Below are positions 38,236-52,786 of a stretch of DNA of 64,000 bases, one piece after another (within the stretch, counting starts at the first letter, position 1; every line of letters starts with the position of its first letter). The DNA is from Octopus sinensis (Eukaryota). Location: NCBI RefSeq assembly GCF_006345805.1, contig NC_042998.1:84878001-84942000 (forward strand), in the 5' to 3' direction. Under the pieces are notes generated by a model. It searched no databases and had not been told where the DNA came from. It worked only from the letters and a program-made list of their open reading frames with translations. The position numbers and the translations under genes are program-made.

Positions 38236-38766
38236 ATATCTTGTTTTGTTTTATTGATTGAGTATGCTAGTTACTGTGAGTGGAATCAAGGTATGCTATA
38301 TTTTGAAAGAATTTTGATAATATCTCCTTTTGGTATCAGTACAGTAAATGATGTATGTAGTCGTATAGTTGGTTAAAACGTCTGCAATATATACACACAC
38401 GTACGAAGCCATAGCATGGAATTAGACAGCCCCGGATGAATACTGCTGCAGCTCCATATAATTATAATTATTATCTAACATTTATTTTAATTTTGTATTT
38501 TCCACAAATTAGATGGTTAAAAGAGATTAATTTTAAAAACTGAAAACCCTCTTCGGTTGAAATCCTTCTTGGTTATGTCGATAGTACAGTGTATGCATTA
38601 GTATATATAGCCAGCTAACACTCGCAAGTGAGTGTAGCTTTTGATTATGTATACCATAATTTTTTGTTCTTTGTTTTAGATACCGATGTTGTTGCGAGTA
38701 GCCATAGACATTTTTTTATCCCCTCATCTTTGACCCAGCTGAATATCCAGAATGTGATAAATGGAC

Positions 38767-38825
<59 letters not shown>

Positions 38826-41680
38826 TAGATAGATAGATAAAGAGGGAGGGATTGAGAGTGAGAGAGAGAGAGAACAATAGGTGAGAGAGAGAAAGAAGGG
38901 TGCACAAGCACCTGAGTGGTACTCATTGCAACTGAAGTGACCAGAGCAACGTGAAACGAAATGCTTTGCTCAAGGACTGAACTCACTGCCGAGTCCAAGA
39001 ACTGAACCTATGATCTTATGATCACGCATCATAAGCACTAGACCACATGCCTTCACAGTACATGCAAAAAAAAAAAAAACACATGCCTTCATGATTATAT
39101 CAGCGCCAGAAAACTGAAAAGTAAAGTCGGTTTTTTGAAGATCTGAACTCTGAAGTTAGAGGGACAATATCTACCACTCTAGTACGCTATAATTTGTATA
39201 ATATTAGCACAAGGTCAGCGACACTAGGTAGGAAGTATAAGTAGTCGATTGAATCGACCTACTCCAGTAAAAATCTGGTACTTATTTTATCAACACCGGA
39301 AGAATGAAAGGCAATAATTACTCCAGCTAAGCTCGAAACTAGAAATCGATTCCAGCGTGTTGTGACGAAACTAAATTCTGCGAAAATGATGTAGCATCAG
39401 TTGTTGCCGGTTTGGACCGAGAAACGTAACATAATCTACTATAATAATACTCTTGTGTATTTCTCCGTCACAACATATGAATGAGAAAGGAAGGGGTGAT
39501 AGATGAATATGGAAGGAAAGGGTGAAGGCAAACTTCATAGTGGGATGATGGAAGTTCTACTGTGAAAAAAAATCAAACAGCATTTCAACTCTGCGTGAGT
39601 ATATGTGTGTGTAAGTAAAAAGGGAGTCATGCGAATGTTTGTGTGTGTGTGTGTGTGTGTGTTGTGTGTGTGTGTGTGTGTAGAATAGAAGTGGGATGGT
39701 GAACATTCAACGCTGAAAAGAAAAATCAAACAGCGTTTCAACTCTGTGTATTTGGTATTTACTTGCCAGCTCCCGTATTTAGTCATGGCCAGCTTTATGT
39801 GGCCTTAAGTCGAACAAGAAGGAAGGAAAACTTTAAAATTCTTTTGAAGGAAACAAGCAGTCAAAGGATGTTAGTTGCGGATAGATTTTTCACAAAAAAT
39901 TTGGTAATAAAAGAATTATTAAACTAAAAACTTGGTTTTGAACCTTATTTATATATAAAACACTACAATTAGCCGTCATTTTTGATGGCACGGAGTCAGC
40001 TAAAGGATATAGAAAGTGCAACTCTCAAAACAGTGCTGCTCGGAGCAGAGTACCACAACGTCATCTTTTAGCTACGCTAGTTGCTAGGAAGTACTCTGTT
40101 TTATTACTTGACACTACAATGTTTCGTTACTTGAAATCAGCGTGAGAAATTAATGAACAGTCAATCAGTAACGTAGCACGGGTCTTGACACTGTGACGTA
40201 GAAAGAATGTGTGTTGCCCTGGGTGATCCTTGAGTTTGCTGTCCCACGAGATCTCATCGCGCGTCCTCCGCACCTCAGTACCCCTCCGCCGCGCTCTGTC
40301 GCTCGCCATATAGATTTATACAACAGACTCAAAAGTACCATCCCCATAAAAACGCCGCACGGAGCTGGCCGTTCTCCCCCGCCTCACCAACTACGTTACT
40401 GTTTTGGCCGCCCTGTGCAGTAACCAAATTGGCTGCTCACTCCCTTGAACGTAACATACTTTCGACCATAGCAGACACAATTGTAATAAAGTGGCCACCT
40501 TGTGCAGTCCGTACACTCTACGCTACACCACTGCCATTAGCTCAGTTACTTCTTAAGGGTACATCAATATTTCTGTCATTCAGTTGTATAAAGACAAAGG
40601 AACTGAACAGGTTGCAATTACTTCGTGTATCGATAATGCTTCTGTACAATAACGGAAAGATAATTAACAAGTAATCTTGATCAAATTCTGAAACATTTCT
40701 AAAGTAGTTCCTTCAAGTGTGATGAAGAAAGATGTTATCGTTCTCTTCACAGATTATGGAATTAATTATTTGTTGAGAACAACTGGAGCGGTTAACTGTG
40801 CAGTATTGAAAGCAATGAACGTTTAATATGAGACGGAAGGAAAGTGATAGGGAAAGCCATAGGAATAACATGGTCACTGGTATGATGGTATATCGGAGAA
40901 TATCGACGAATGAAGTCTTCCCAAATACATGGGGATGTAAAATCATAATGAATGTACTGATTGCATTAAATGTGAGTTTATTTATTAAACGGATAGTGCG
41001 ATGGTACTTCTTGGGAAGCAAACAACGAAATATGCACGTAAGGAAATGATTAATTTAATCTCGCTTGCCCACTCTAACACATACACACGCGCGCTATGAG
41101 GGAGCCTCCACACACACTAATAAGGGAGTCTCCAAACAGTCATTCCACTTGCGGGAAGTAGTCACCAAAACTTCAAATCATATCCTACCTTCTTAAAAAG
41201 AAGGGTCACATCGGATAATGTAGCCTTTTGTACATTGTCTGAATATAAGATAGGGTTATTATAACTGGAACGCTTTTGATCATGCCTACACGAACTCAGT
41301 TTTATTTCCATTTATTCACAATGCTAATCAACACATTACTAGGCCGAGCAGTGCCCCACCTAGGGTACAATGTGATAATTAGAAATATTTTTACCTTACA
41401 AGTCACCCCTGGGGACGAATTATATGGCAAAATTAGAGGTTTCTAGTTTAAGCTCAATTTACTCAAAATGTTTCCTCATAGATTCTTGTATATGCCTCTT
41501 GCCCCCAGTACCTCTACTTGGGAGCTAGAGGAAGAAGTGGACAAATATTTTCCAATTCTCATTCTACCGTCTAAAACGAAAGGACAAATTGTAAAATGTA
41601 ATCTTTGATGCAGAAAAGACAGGATGGACATGGCTGGAACGCTTTTTAAAAGCTAATTTTGTACATTTCACATATTTTAT

Positions 41681-42921
41681 TTAATTACCTTCAAAATACT
41701 CCCTTTGGGAGTTCGCACACTTCTCCCAGCGGTTCTGCAACAGCTGGTAACACCTCTGGAACGCCCTCTCTGGAAGGCTATGGAGCTCCGCTATTGTTTA
41801 CTTTTTTCTTTCTCATATCATCTCCCAACTGAAATCGCTTTCCTTTTATCCTGGTTTTCAGTTTGGGGAAGAGCCAGAAGTTACACAGTGCCAAGTCGGG
41901 AGAGTAGAGAGCCTGTCGAACAAGTGGTGTGTTGTTCTTGACCTGGAAAGCTTGGATTATGTGGGCGGGATGAGCGGGTGCATTGCTGTGGTGAAGTTGC
42001 CAATTCTTTGCCGCCCATATGTCTGGCCGCTTTCGACGCACAGCATCATGAAGGCGATGTATAACCTTCAGGTTGTATTCCTTATTGATTGTTTGGCTTT
42101 GTGGTGCTTTTTCATGAATCAAAGAAACAGGTCAACATTACCTCTACATTGCTGCGAACCTGTCATACATTTTTGAGCCTTGGTGATGACGATGCTTCCA
42201 TTGGGAGGACTGGAACTTGGTCTCCGGGTCGTAATCACAAGCCCATGTCTCATCACCAATTATGATGGTCTTCGTGAAGTCTGGGTCGTGGTTTTCACAG
42301 TCTAGCTTGTCCAGAGCGATTTCTATGCAGAGTTGCTACTACTGCTTCTCCAGCACCTTGGAAACGAATTTCACCGACACTCTCTGAATGTATAAATCCT
42401 CCGTTAAAATGGAATTCACTGATCCTGTTCTTATTCCCACTCTGTGAGAATTCCCCTGAATTGTTACACGACAGTCCTCCATAACTATTCGCCGAATCTC
42501 CTCAGTCGGTTCCTCGTTTTGATTTGCGGATGACCTGCCTGAGCGTGCCTCACTCTCCACTGAGGTGTGGTCATGTTTGAACCGGTTGTATGATTCCTTG
42601 ATCTGAGTTTTGCCCATGGCATTATTGCCAAAGAACTGTTGAATCATCTGGATCATCAAGCATTTGGCAAAACTTGATGCAATATCGCAAGTCAATGCAT
42701 TCGGTCATCTTACATAAAAATGAAAGTTCCACGTGCGTGCACTACACGTCTGTACTCAAGGCGTAACAACCGGGAACTGACGTGGCCTACCGGCGCGAAT
42801 ATTTTCACACATGCGCAGAAAGGGTTGCGTTACCTCCAACTCAAAGGGCTTTGCCTACACAGCATTAATTGTGGTCGAAAAAAAAAATAAATAAAGCTGG
42901 ATGCTTTTCGAATGTATTTCG
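41681..42921 (-). pseudogene. Old degenerate mariner transposon
   Basis: Minus-strand fragments MGKTQIKESYNRFK...ESEARSGR, QTINKEYNLKVIHRLHDAVRRKRP...WQLHHSNAPAH...YSPDLALCNFWLFPKLK, RWEKC; one TIR-like end at ~42893-42921 followed by TA. Confidence 0.85.
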
Positions 42922-43753
42922 TATATTATACAGCTCACCCTAGCTCTCAAGATGTTAAGCTAAGATGTTGAAAGGTAATTCAGCTGCTTATATCTCATGG
43001 TATCCTTTTACTTCTGGCTGAATGGAACCTTTGAGAATCAAGCGTTTGTGTCAAAGGACATAGTACCGTGCAGTTGGTGAGATAGGAATCTCCTATCTTT
43101 GTAGTTCGATATAATTGATAGTCAAAATTTCTGGTCGTGACGGCTGATATCTTAGAAAATCTAACCGTCGTTAGTTTGGTTAGCTGTTCGGCAAAAGAAA
43201 CTGATTGAATAAGATCAGGTTTTAAGAAAAAAATAAGTACTTGAAAACTAAACCCTTGAAAGTTGTGTCCCAGCATGGCCGCGTTCTAATGATTGAAACA
43301 AATAAAAGATAACAGAAGGGCTTCTAATTCAGGCACAAGTTGAAAGGAAGGGAGGTTAGTTGATATTGATACATTCGATCCGATACTTGACTGTTACTTT
43401 ATTTTATCGACCCTGAAGGAATGAAATGCAAACTTAACAACGGTGGTACCTGAACTCAGAATATAGAGAGATGGAACAAATACAATTAGACATTTAGAAA
43501 AGAACTGATTTCTTGAATTCTGACACAGACAAACAACATTTTATTTTGTGTACATGTTCCGAATTGGAGATAACAGATTTGAAAAGAAAATAAATCTTCA
43601 AGACAAGACGAAATATAAAATAAAATGAACGTTGCAACCTGAAAATATAAATCTGAAAATATAATTATATTTACTGTCCACGATGTCAATGGGCAAAGAA
43701 ATGACCGCAGAATAGAAAGAAACGCTTGTCAAATTGACTTATACTTGATATAC

Positions 43754-43953
43754 AGTAATATCGCCATACCGCGGTTCACCTATCGCGGTTTATTATTTAA
43801 GCTTACGTCGAGTCCTCCGTGGTGTTGTTTTGCATTTATAATAAAATAAATATATACAAATTATAAAAAAAAAAAAAAAAATACAGTACTGTTTCTATTT
43901 CGCACGCGGCAGGGTTTGAAACGTAACACCCACGATAGTCGAGGGATTATTGT
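43754..43953. mobile_element. Possible pogo/Tigger-like MITE remnant
   Basis: TA-CAGTAAT... at left and ...CGATAGTCGAGGGATTATTG at right are imperfect inverted ends. Confidence 0.35.
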
Positions 43954-44214
43954 GGTGACTGAATTTATCTTGCTCTTTTCTGAATGGTAGATATTGTGTG
44001 CCCGTGTATGTGTAAAAAACTAGCTTGTAATCACCGTGGAATAACTTGCAAGTCATTTGTAGGCTTTAAGAGCCATATGAGACGTCATCAGCGATAACGA
44101 AAGCAAACGGAAAGTGTTTCTTATTATGATATGAGTTTAAGATGTCTTGCTCGGTCACAAATCGACTTCCACTATGTATGTATGTATGTATGTATGTATG
44201 TATGTATGTATGTC

Positions 44215-44608
44215 TTTGTGTCTGTGTTTGTCCCCCCTACCACCACCACCATCGTTTGACAACCAGTTGTTGGAGTGTTTACGTCCTCGTAAGCTCGCAG
44301 TTCAGCAAAAAAAAAGACCAATAGAATAAGTACTAAGCTTACAAAGAATAAGTCCTTCGACTAAAAAAAATTAATAAATTAAAAAGCGGTGCTCCTGCAT
44401 GACCGTAGTCAAATGAATGAAACAAGCTGAGGAATACACACTCACGACAGGCTTCTTTCAGTTTCTGTCAACCAAATCCACTCACAAGGCTTTGATTGGC
44501 TCGAGGTCCTAGCAGAAGACACTTGCCCAAGGTGCCACGCAATGGGACTGAACCCGGAGCAGTGTAGTTGGGAAGCAAGTTACCTACCACACAGCCACAA
44601 CTGCGCCT
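44215..44608. mobile_element. Two SINE family A halves in opposite orientation
   Basis: 3' half on + (44215-44430) and 5' half on - (44445-44608). Confidence 0.75.
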
Positions 44609-44620
44609 ATATTACCTCTG

Positions 44621-45070
44621 GCGGCGAGCTGGCAGAAACGTTAACACGCCGGGCGAAATGCGTAGCCGTATTTCGTCTGCCGTTACGTTCTGAGTTCAAA
44701 TTCCGCAGAGGTCGACTTTGCCTTTCATCCTTTCGGGGTCGATTAAATAAGTACCAGTTAAGCACTGGGGTCGATATAATCGACTTAATACCTTTGTCTG
44801 TCCTTGTTTATCCCCTCTGTGTTTAGCCCCTTGTGGGTGGTAAAGAAATATATATTACCTCTGGCGGCGAGCTGGCAGAAACGTTAGCACGCCGGGTGAA
44901 ATACTTAGCTGTATTTACGTTCTGAGTTCAAATTCCGCTGAGGTCGACTTTGCGTTTCATCCTTTCATCCCAGTTGCGCGCTGGGGTCGATGTAATCGAC
45001 TTAATCCCTTTGTCTGTCCTTGTTTTCCCCTCTTTGTTTAGCCCCTAGTGGGCAATAAAGAAATAAGAGA
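44621..45070 (+). mobile_element. Two tandem SINE family B copies
   Basis: Separated and flanked by three copies of TATATTACCTCTG (44608, 44851, 45071). Confidence 0.9.
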
Positions 45071-45930
45071 TATATTACCTCTGATTGCAACAAATTTCTA
45101 TCTCGTGTTATTGTCACTATTTCCAAGTCATCAAGTGACAATAGCTACAAAAAAAAAAAAAAATCGTCTTATGTAGCTAAAAGCAAAAGAGCTCAAAATA
45201 TGTTGTGCCAAACACGAACTAAATAAATAGAAGTAATAAATAAATAAATGTATTTCTGAACAGTTTACTGTAATCAAATCATCTGGATCACTTTGCTTAT
45301 GGTTATATGGTCGTCTTTCCCCTTTCAATTATTGTTGGATAATTCCTTTTTATCTAGCAGTTGTTACCGAGAGTGTAATGAATTCACCCTCCACAAAACA
45401 ACCTCCCATTAAGCGGTTTCAAATTTAGATCCTGTCTGCCGAAGCTGTCGACTTCCGCAGACGACGAGTGGTGGCACAATTCACTCATTGACTCACTTGT
45501 ACGAATCATTTAGTAAACATATTATTTTATGCATCCCATCATCATACACAAATCTGCTTTGTTCTTCAGAATTTCTGGCAGTCGTGGTGGCTCTGTTTGT
45601 GCGCGTGTGCGCAAGCGTGCATGTGTGCGCAAGCTTGTGTGTGTGTGTGTGTGTGTGTGCGTGTGCGTGTATGTATGTGTGTGTGTGTGTGCGTGTGTAT
45701 GTACGTGAGTCTGTGTCTGTATGCGTGTATGTAGGCGCGTGTGAGCATGTGTATGTACGTCTGTGTGTGTGTTTGTCTGTATGAGTTTGGGGTGGGTGGG
45801 TGAGATTGTAAATGTGTATATCTGGGAAAGAGGATTATTCTGTTGTTTTTGTCTCTTTTTTGCTGTTGCCGATGTTGATTTCTCTCTTCATTTTTTATAA
45901 TTTTGTATTGTTTACACGCAAAACCCTCAC

Positions 45931-46013
<83 letters not shown>

Positions 46014-46073
46014 TTTTGTTTTGTCCTGTATTGTCCATAATGTTTTTCTTAATGTAAACCCTTGAGGTTAATA

Positions 46074-46132
<59 letters not shown>

Positions 46133-47015
46133 TTATTTATTTATTTATTTTTATCGATTTACAGCTGTAATTGTTTCCACTACTGCCAATCCACCCCCGC
46201 CCACCCCTAGCCAAATTCCGTTTTAAGGACTCAGCCGAATAAATATTAATATTTTATTAAACTTATCCGACCGTTTATAAACAGTCGCTATTAACATAAT
46301 TAATGACAAATGCTGAAAAACATTTTTTTTTATATTTACATAATTTTTTTTTATATTTTAAATGTTGTACTTTATATTTCAGTAATTTTTCTGTCCCGTT
46401 TCTATTACTTTTGCCGCAACCAGAAAAACGCTGTCACCGTACCACCACCAGGACAACCACCAACATCATCATCACCTCTGTCGCCGACGTCATCAACACC
46501 ACTGCTAAAAGCACCGTACCGCCATCTCTAGCACCGCCACCCTTGTCCTCAGTAACAACAGCGAACCAATAAACACGTTAACACGTTTCTTTCTCTCAGC
46601 TGGTCTAATTGTTTTACTTTATTTACGACACACATTTGTTTTCATTCAAAATATTTGTCATATGTTCCCCACCGATCTCTACTTCTGACACGTCATTTAG
46701 CGAATGTTACACCATATATACCCCTACTATAGCCGGGGTAGATACAGCTTATAAAACACAGCCATTATTTATTTATTTATTTATTTACTTATTTCAAGTC
46801 ACACCTTTAATAGTTGACTGCCTGGCTTGCACCAGCTGCTTGGTTATATCCTTGCCTCCACTGGGTGCCAGACGGAAGGACTGTGAGAAAAAGGAGCAAA
46901 CAAAACAAGCAAAAAAAAAAAAAAAAGGAATCAGTTGTTGATGTGGAGAATACTGGATTGATTGAATATGTTGGATTCAGTTTAACGATTGCCACATGAA
47001 GCATGAAAATATATT

Positions 47016-47445
47016 CTTTTCTACTCTAGGCACAAGGCCCAGAATTTTGAAGAAGGGGGCCAGTCGATTAGATCGACCCCAGTACGCAACTGATACTTAG
47101 TTTATCGACCCCGAAAGGATGAAAGGCAAAGTCGACCTCGGCGGAATTTGAACTCAGAACATAAAGACAGGCGGAATTTGAACTCAGAACATAAAGACAG
47201 GCGAAATACCTATTTCTTTACTACCCACTAGGGGCTAAACATAGAGAGGAGAAACAAGGACAGATAAATGGATTAAGTCGATTATATCGACACCAGTGCG
47301 TAACTGGTACTTATTTAATCGACCCCGAAAGGATGAAAGGCAAAGTCGACCTCGGTGGAATTTGAACTCAGAACGTAAAGGCAAGCGAAATACCGCAAAG
47401 CATTTCGTCCGGCGTGCTAACGTTTCTGCCAGCTCGCCCGCCCTA
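47016..47445 (-). mobile_element. SINE family B, partial tandem, with 15-bp TSD
   Basis: GCATGAAAA(T/C)ATATT at 47001-47015 and 47446-47460. Confidence 0.88.
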
Positions 47446-47589
47446 GCATGAAAACATATTGAAAGAAGCTCCAAGCTCTACATCACACAACACTACCTTT
47501 TACTTAAAGTCCAGTACTCTACACTGCATCAAACGACACTGAACTTAACTAGAGTCCTCTACACTAAACCGACCAACGAAAAGCGTGCT

Positions 47590-47850
47590 TGTGAAATTTA
47601 CGTGCAAATGGTTGAGCTCTCCACAGACAGATATACCCTTAATGCAGTTCTTGGGGGAGATTCAGCATAACACAGAATGTGACAAAGCTGTACCTTTGAA
47701 ATACAGGTACAACTCATTTTTGTCATTTGAGTGGACTGGAGCAACATGAAATAAAGTGTCTTGCTCAATGATATAACGCGCCGCCGATAATGGAACACAC
47801 GACCATACGACCGTGAGTTGAATACCCTAACCACTAAGCCACGCGCCTCT
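47590..47850 (-). mobile_element. tRNA-derived SINE family D
   Basis: Minus strand ggcgcgtggcttagtggttagggt head, then ttgagcaagacactttatttca...gctccagtccactc body. Confidence 0.7.
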
Positions 47851-48239
47851 ACTACATTAAACGAGACTTGGTTTCTTTTCACACTACATAGCACTAAATG
47901 ACTTTATGATACACTACACTAAGCTTTACTTCACACCAGACTACATCGCATCATATTACACTTCAGTACATTACACCGAGCTAAATTATACTAAAACACA
48001 CTACTCAACGCCATGTCGTAGTACACTACACAACATAACACTAGATTGCATTTTATTCCACTAAATACACTGCAGCACATTACACTACATAACATTGCAC
48101 CACTGTACAGTACATCGGATTGCATCACTGAGTCAATGTTTCTGTATTTAGTTATGACTAATTTTAGTTTTCATATCCAGCTGGTGTTGACTTGACCATT
48201 CATCCTTCCGAGTTCAATAAAAAATATATATATATGTAT

Positions 48240-48635
48240 AGGCACAGGAGTGGCTGCGTGGTACGTAGCTTGCTTACCAACCATATGGTTCCGGGTTCAG
48301 TCCCACTGTGTGGCACCTTGGGCAAGTCTCTTCTACTATAGCCTCGGGCCGACCAAAGCCTTGTGAGTGGATTTCGTTGACGGAAACTGAAAGAAACCCG
48401 TCGTATATATGTATATATGTGTGAGTGTGTGTTTGTGTTTGTCCCCCCCCCAACATCGCTTGACAACCGATGCTGGTGTGTTTACGTCCCTGTAACTTAG
48501 CGGTTCGACAAAAGACCGATAGAATAAGTACTAGGCTTACAAAGAATAAGTCCTGGCGTCGATTTGCTCGACTAAAGGCGGTGCTCCAGCATGGCCGCAG
48601 TCAAAATGACTGAAACGAATAAAAGAGTAAAAGAG
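48240..48635 (+). mobile_element. SINE family A, complete copy
   Basis: tRNA-like head (tggctgcgtggta...ggttcagtccc), central microsatellite, tail ending taaaagagtaaaagag. Confidence 0.92.
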
Positions 48636-49994
48636 TATATTGACTTTAAAATATTTTCAGGTACGATGTTAAACAGTTGCAGTAACTATAAATGAGAACA
48701 ACCACACTATACTGTAACGAAGGACAAAGGATAAACAATCAAGTTAGGTGCCTCAAAACAAGGGAGTTGGATACCCAATCAACAGTACAGTGACTAAGGG
48801 CTCATTCAGTCAACAGTATAGTAACTGGAAAGAAAAATGAGGGAAAGGACAACCAGCCAGATACCATCATAATTCAAGCGTATTTGGTGTATAAAGGAGA
48901 GATAGACCTAACTAGACAGTTAGTAAGGAAGAAGGACTTCGGAGTTAGACAAAAAGGTAAAGACAAAAGTGTGAGCGGTGAATAGGCTCAGTCGTTAATG
49001 TGTTGATTAGAATGCCGTGGATGCTTCTACCAATTCTCTGAGCTCCATGTTCGAGTCCCGCTGAAATCAGCTTTGCTTTTCATCTTTTTCTTTTCTTTTT
49101 TTTTTTTTTACTTGATAAAAGAAAAAAGTACCATTCAGGGTGAGAATGGTGGTAGAACTATTAGAGTGTCGAGGAAAATGCTTTGCGATATCGACTCTGG
49201 CTCTTTACGTTCTAACTGTTACGCTCGCGACAACATTTGTACCAACCTGTTTCAGTCCAAGTCGAGATCCTTTCTCTTGGATAAATATTGGTGGTGCCGT
49301 GTAGAGGGGTCACTTTGACTATATGGACAACTGCTGGTCTTCTTAGAAAAGAAAGAAAAAAAAAGTCTTGTCCAAATCTGACATATATATGCAGATTTAT
49401 GGTCGCCATTTACGGTCAGAAGCCCTACATAATAAAAGGAAGTGGGTAACACGCCAACCAAATAGACCAAACAGTACTGATACTTACGAAAAAACGGAGC
49501 GATACTGAGTATGACAGTACCGATAGGAAAGGAAGGAGGGGAGACACATGGCCTGACAGTATAGTACCCAGGGAAGAGACACTGACCCAACGAACCGAAA
49601 AGGACAGTACAGTGACTCGACAGGGAGCTTCACGTCTAAACCAAGCGATATCAAAGGGAAAACAAAGGGACCACCTTCTCTGTCAGATAAACAAGTAAGC
49701 GGGGTGGGGCGAGTCTACATTAATCTACGGTTCACCTGAACCACAGTTATAGTAACCAGTGGATGGGTATATACAGACAGACAATTATGAAAAATATAAT
49801 GTATCTTCCTTTCACCTCGTCCCTACACCCTGCAGCCCTTCCCTGCCCCACCAATATGCGACTTTGTTAGAAATCCAATTAACTTAATTATGTTACAACT
49901 TAAGCGCTTCTTGTTCTGAGATGTCGTTGGGGTTATTATAACACCACCACCACCGCCGCCGCCGCTGCTGCTGCTGCTGCTACTACTACTACTA

Positions 49995-50039
<45 letters not shown>

Positions 50040-50704
50040 CGTCTTCCTTCCTGTTTGTTTTCCTTGGGTTAATGGTGATGATGAGAATTATGATCCCTGT
50101 TAACTCTATAGCTACAATATATTCTTGGCTCCCCTTTCACCACCACTACAACCACCACCACCACTGCTATCGCTGCCACCATCATAGCATCATCACCACT
50201 ATCATCACTATTGACACTACCCCATCCCACTACCACTATCACCATCACTACTATTGCCATCACCATTATCACTACCAAATATTAAAACCAGCACTTCAAA
50301 CGTAACAGTCCTTCCTCAACCTTCTTGCAACACTCACTTCTAATCCCTCAGTCGGCCATAACAACATGTCCCGGCAAACTACATCATAACTACAGCCATC
50401 ACTACCACCAAAGCCACAATAACACGACTGTTATCACCAACGCTGTATCTACCACATCTATTACATATCATTCAACCCACATAACTACCTGCTTGATAGC
50501 ATCAACTCGTCAAAACCCGCGCGCGCGCGTATGTATTTAAAAGCAGTTTCACACAGCGTCACATTACTTAAAGTTTCGTGAGTGGAAAACACGCCAATGT
50601 TCCGAGCATCTGATGAGGCGGACCTATCCCACGACTACGAAACTTAATGTAATGCGGAGTTAAGTCATACTGTATTGAGTGATACTGTCTTTCCTTTGTT
50701 CACT

Positions 50705-50741
<37 letters not shown>

Positions 50742-50751
50742 GAGGTGTTGC

Positions 50752-50925
50752 TTACTTGTTTTAGCCATTGGACTGCGGCTGTGCTGGGACACCACCTTGA
50801 AGAACTTAGTCAAAGCAATGGACGCCGGTACTTACGTTTTTTAAGGCCGGATACTTATTCTTTTGCCGAACTGCTAGGTCGGAGATATAAACAAACCAAC
50901 AACGGTTGCCAAGCAGTATTGGAGG

Positions 50926-50945
<20 letters not shown>
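50752..50945 (-). mobile_element. SINE family A 3' half, diverged
   Basis: Similar to 15135-15330. Confidence 0.65.
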
Positions 50946-50957
<12 letters not shown>

Positions 50958-51497
50958 ACAATAATTAAGTGGCTAGGCACAATTCAAAACCAAAAAGGAA
51001 ATAATTCACCGCCACTAAAATGTGATGAAGGCTGCAGGGAACACCAGCATTGCTAGAAATAAGAGTCAAAGACTCTTTTGCCACAAAAGCACATGTTTTA
51101 TTTACTGACAAGGGGGGAACAACCTTCCCATCAGAAGTAAGACATTAGATTAACATGCCAATTTCGTATGGAAATTTATGCTCATCCATGCGGGTGGTGA
51201 AGCTGAATTTTACTTTGTCAGTATTTATAAAATTTACGATAGGAATCAGAGGCTGATTCCGTCTTTGACTCTTATTTCAAGCAATACCGGTGCTTACTGC
51301 ACCTTTCGTCACTTTTTAGTGACGGTGAAATATTTCCTCTTGGTTTTGGATTGCGTCTAGCCACCTTAATTATTTTATAATTTTCCTATTACCATTTTGC
51401 ATGATTAGCCACTGATTCCTATGATAAATTCTATAAATACTGACAAGGTAAAATTCAGCTTCACCACCCACATGGAGTAAACATTATTGATGCGCAT

Positions 51498-51705
51498 TAA
51501 GGCGGCAAACTGATAGAAACGTTAGCACGCCAGGCGAAATGCTTAGCAGTATTTCGTCTGTCGTTACGTTCAAATGAGTTCAAATTCTTCCGAGGTCGAC
51601 TTAGCCTTTCATCCTTTCGGGGTCGATAAATTAAGTACCAGTTGCGTACTGGGGTCGATCAAATTGACTGACCCCCTTGTGCCTAGAGTAGAAAAGATTA
51701 TTGAT
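51498..51705 (+). mobile_element. SINE family B
   Basis: Conserved head and core. Confidence 0.85.
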
Positions 51706-52120
51706 ACGTATGTATTTCCATGCGAAATTGACATGCCATTGTTTTAATAAAATGAAAATTTCCAGGACGATAGCATACCAAACAGCCATAGCCACTAATT
51801 CACTTCCGTTAATTTTTGCTTTTTTAAATTATGCCTGTATCTCTGGAAAATTTCATGTTATCTAAATATATTTATTTGACAAATTCCAGCAACGAAGAAA
51901 TGGAATAGTTCTCAGGAATATTTTTTTTCAAAGTTAACTGCAGTTTACATCATCAAAACGTTTTTTTCTTTTTGCAGTTTCAGCTTATAGCTGTGGCCAT
52001 GCCGAAGCACCGCTGTTTTACTACACTTTATTACCGAGATCTTCCTTTAATATATGGCACTTGGTGTAGAATGGAGTAGCTACCCTCATTTGCACCTCTT
52101 GCCGTGAGGTAGGTGGCACA

Positions 52121-52699
52121 CACAGACATGCAGGAAGTAAATAAACACCTTTAATTTTCAAAATCTTTTATTTGATATTAATTGGTTCAAGGAGAGGTTT
52201 TCTTCTAGCTTCACGTCCATAATACCCAAGCTTATGCAGATATGCAACACACGTTCTTGGACTAACTTTTAGCTGTTTTACAATGTCAGAAGCCTTCGAA
52301 TGGGGTTCCTTTTCCACAATTCTCTTCAAACAGCGAAGCTTCCTTTTCGAGGGCCCAGGTCGGCTGGGATGAGAATCGGTTGATTCTTTTCCTTGGCTTT
52401 AGAATTGTGCTATAATTCTATTAACAGTAGCAAGAGGAATTTGAAGATTTTCGGCAATTTTTCGCTGGTTAAAACCAGCCTCAGATTGCCCAACAATACG
52501 ACCTCTTTGAAAATCTGACAGTTCTGCTGAATGTTTTGTGCGTGGCATGGTTACTCTTCGCAAATGTTAAATATAACGGCACCTGGAATGAAAAAGAAGA
52601 ATTACAATTGTAAATTCTACACCGCTGAAAACATATTAAGACGATTAGATCAGAAAGTTTGAAAATTAAAGGTGTCTATTTACTTCCTGCACGACTGTG
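52121..52699 (-). mobile_element. Internally deleted Tc1 derivative, same family as 8289-9563
   Basis: Both TIRs present; retains only the region homologous to ~8289-8810 (DNA-binding part), joined to the right end. Confidence 0.9.
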
Positions 52700-52725
52700 T
52701 ATCTATCTGTCTGTCTGTCTGTCTA

Positions 52726-52786
<61 letters not shown>

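Noticed and set aside
50605-50655. Canonical hammerhead core spacing GCAU-CUGAUGA...GAAAC-UUAAU-GUA-AUGC
   Set aside because: Stem II cannot pair beyond one base pair; single copy; probably chance or a decayed relic.
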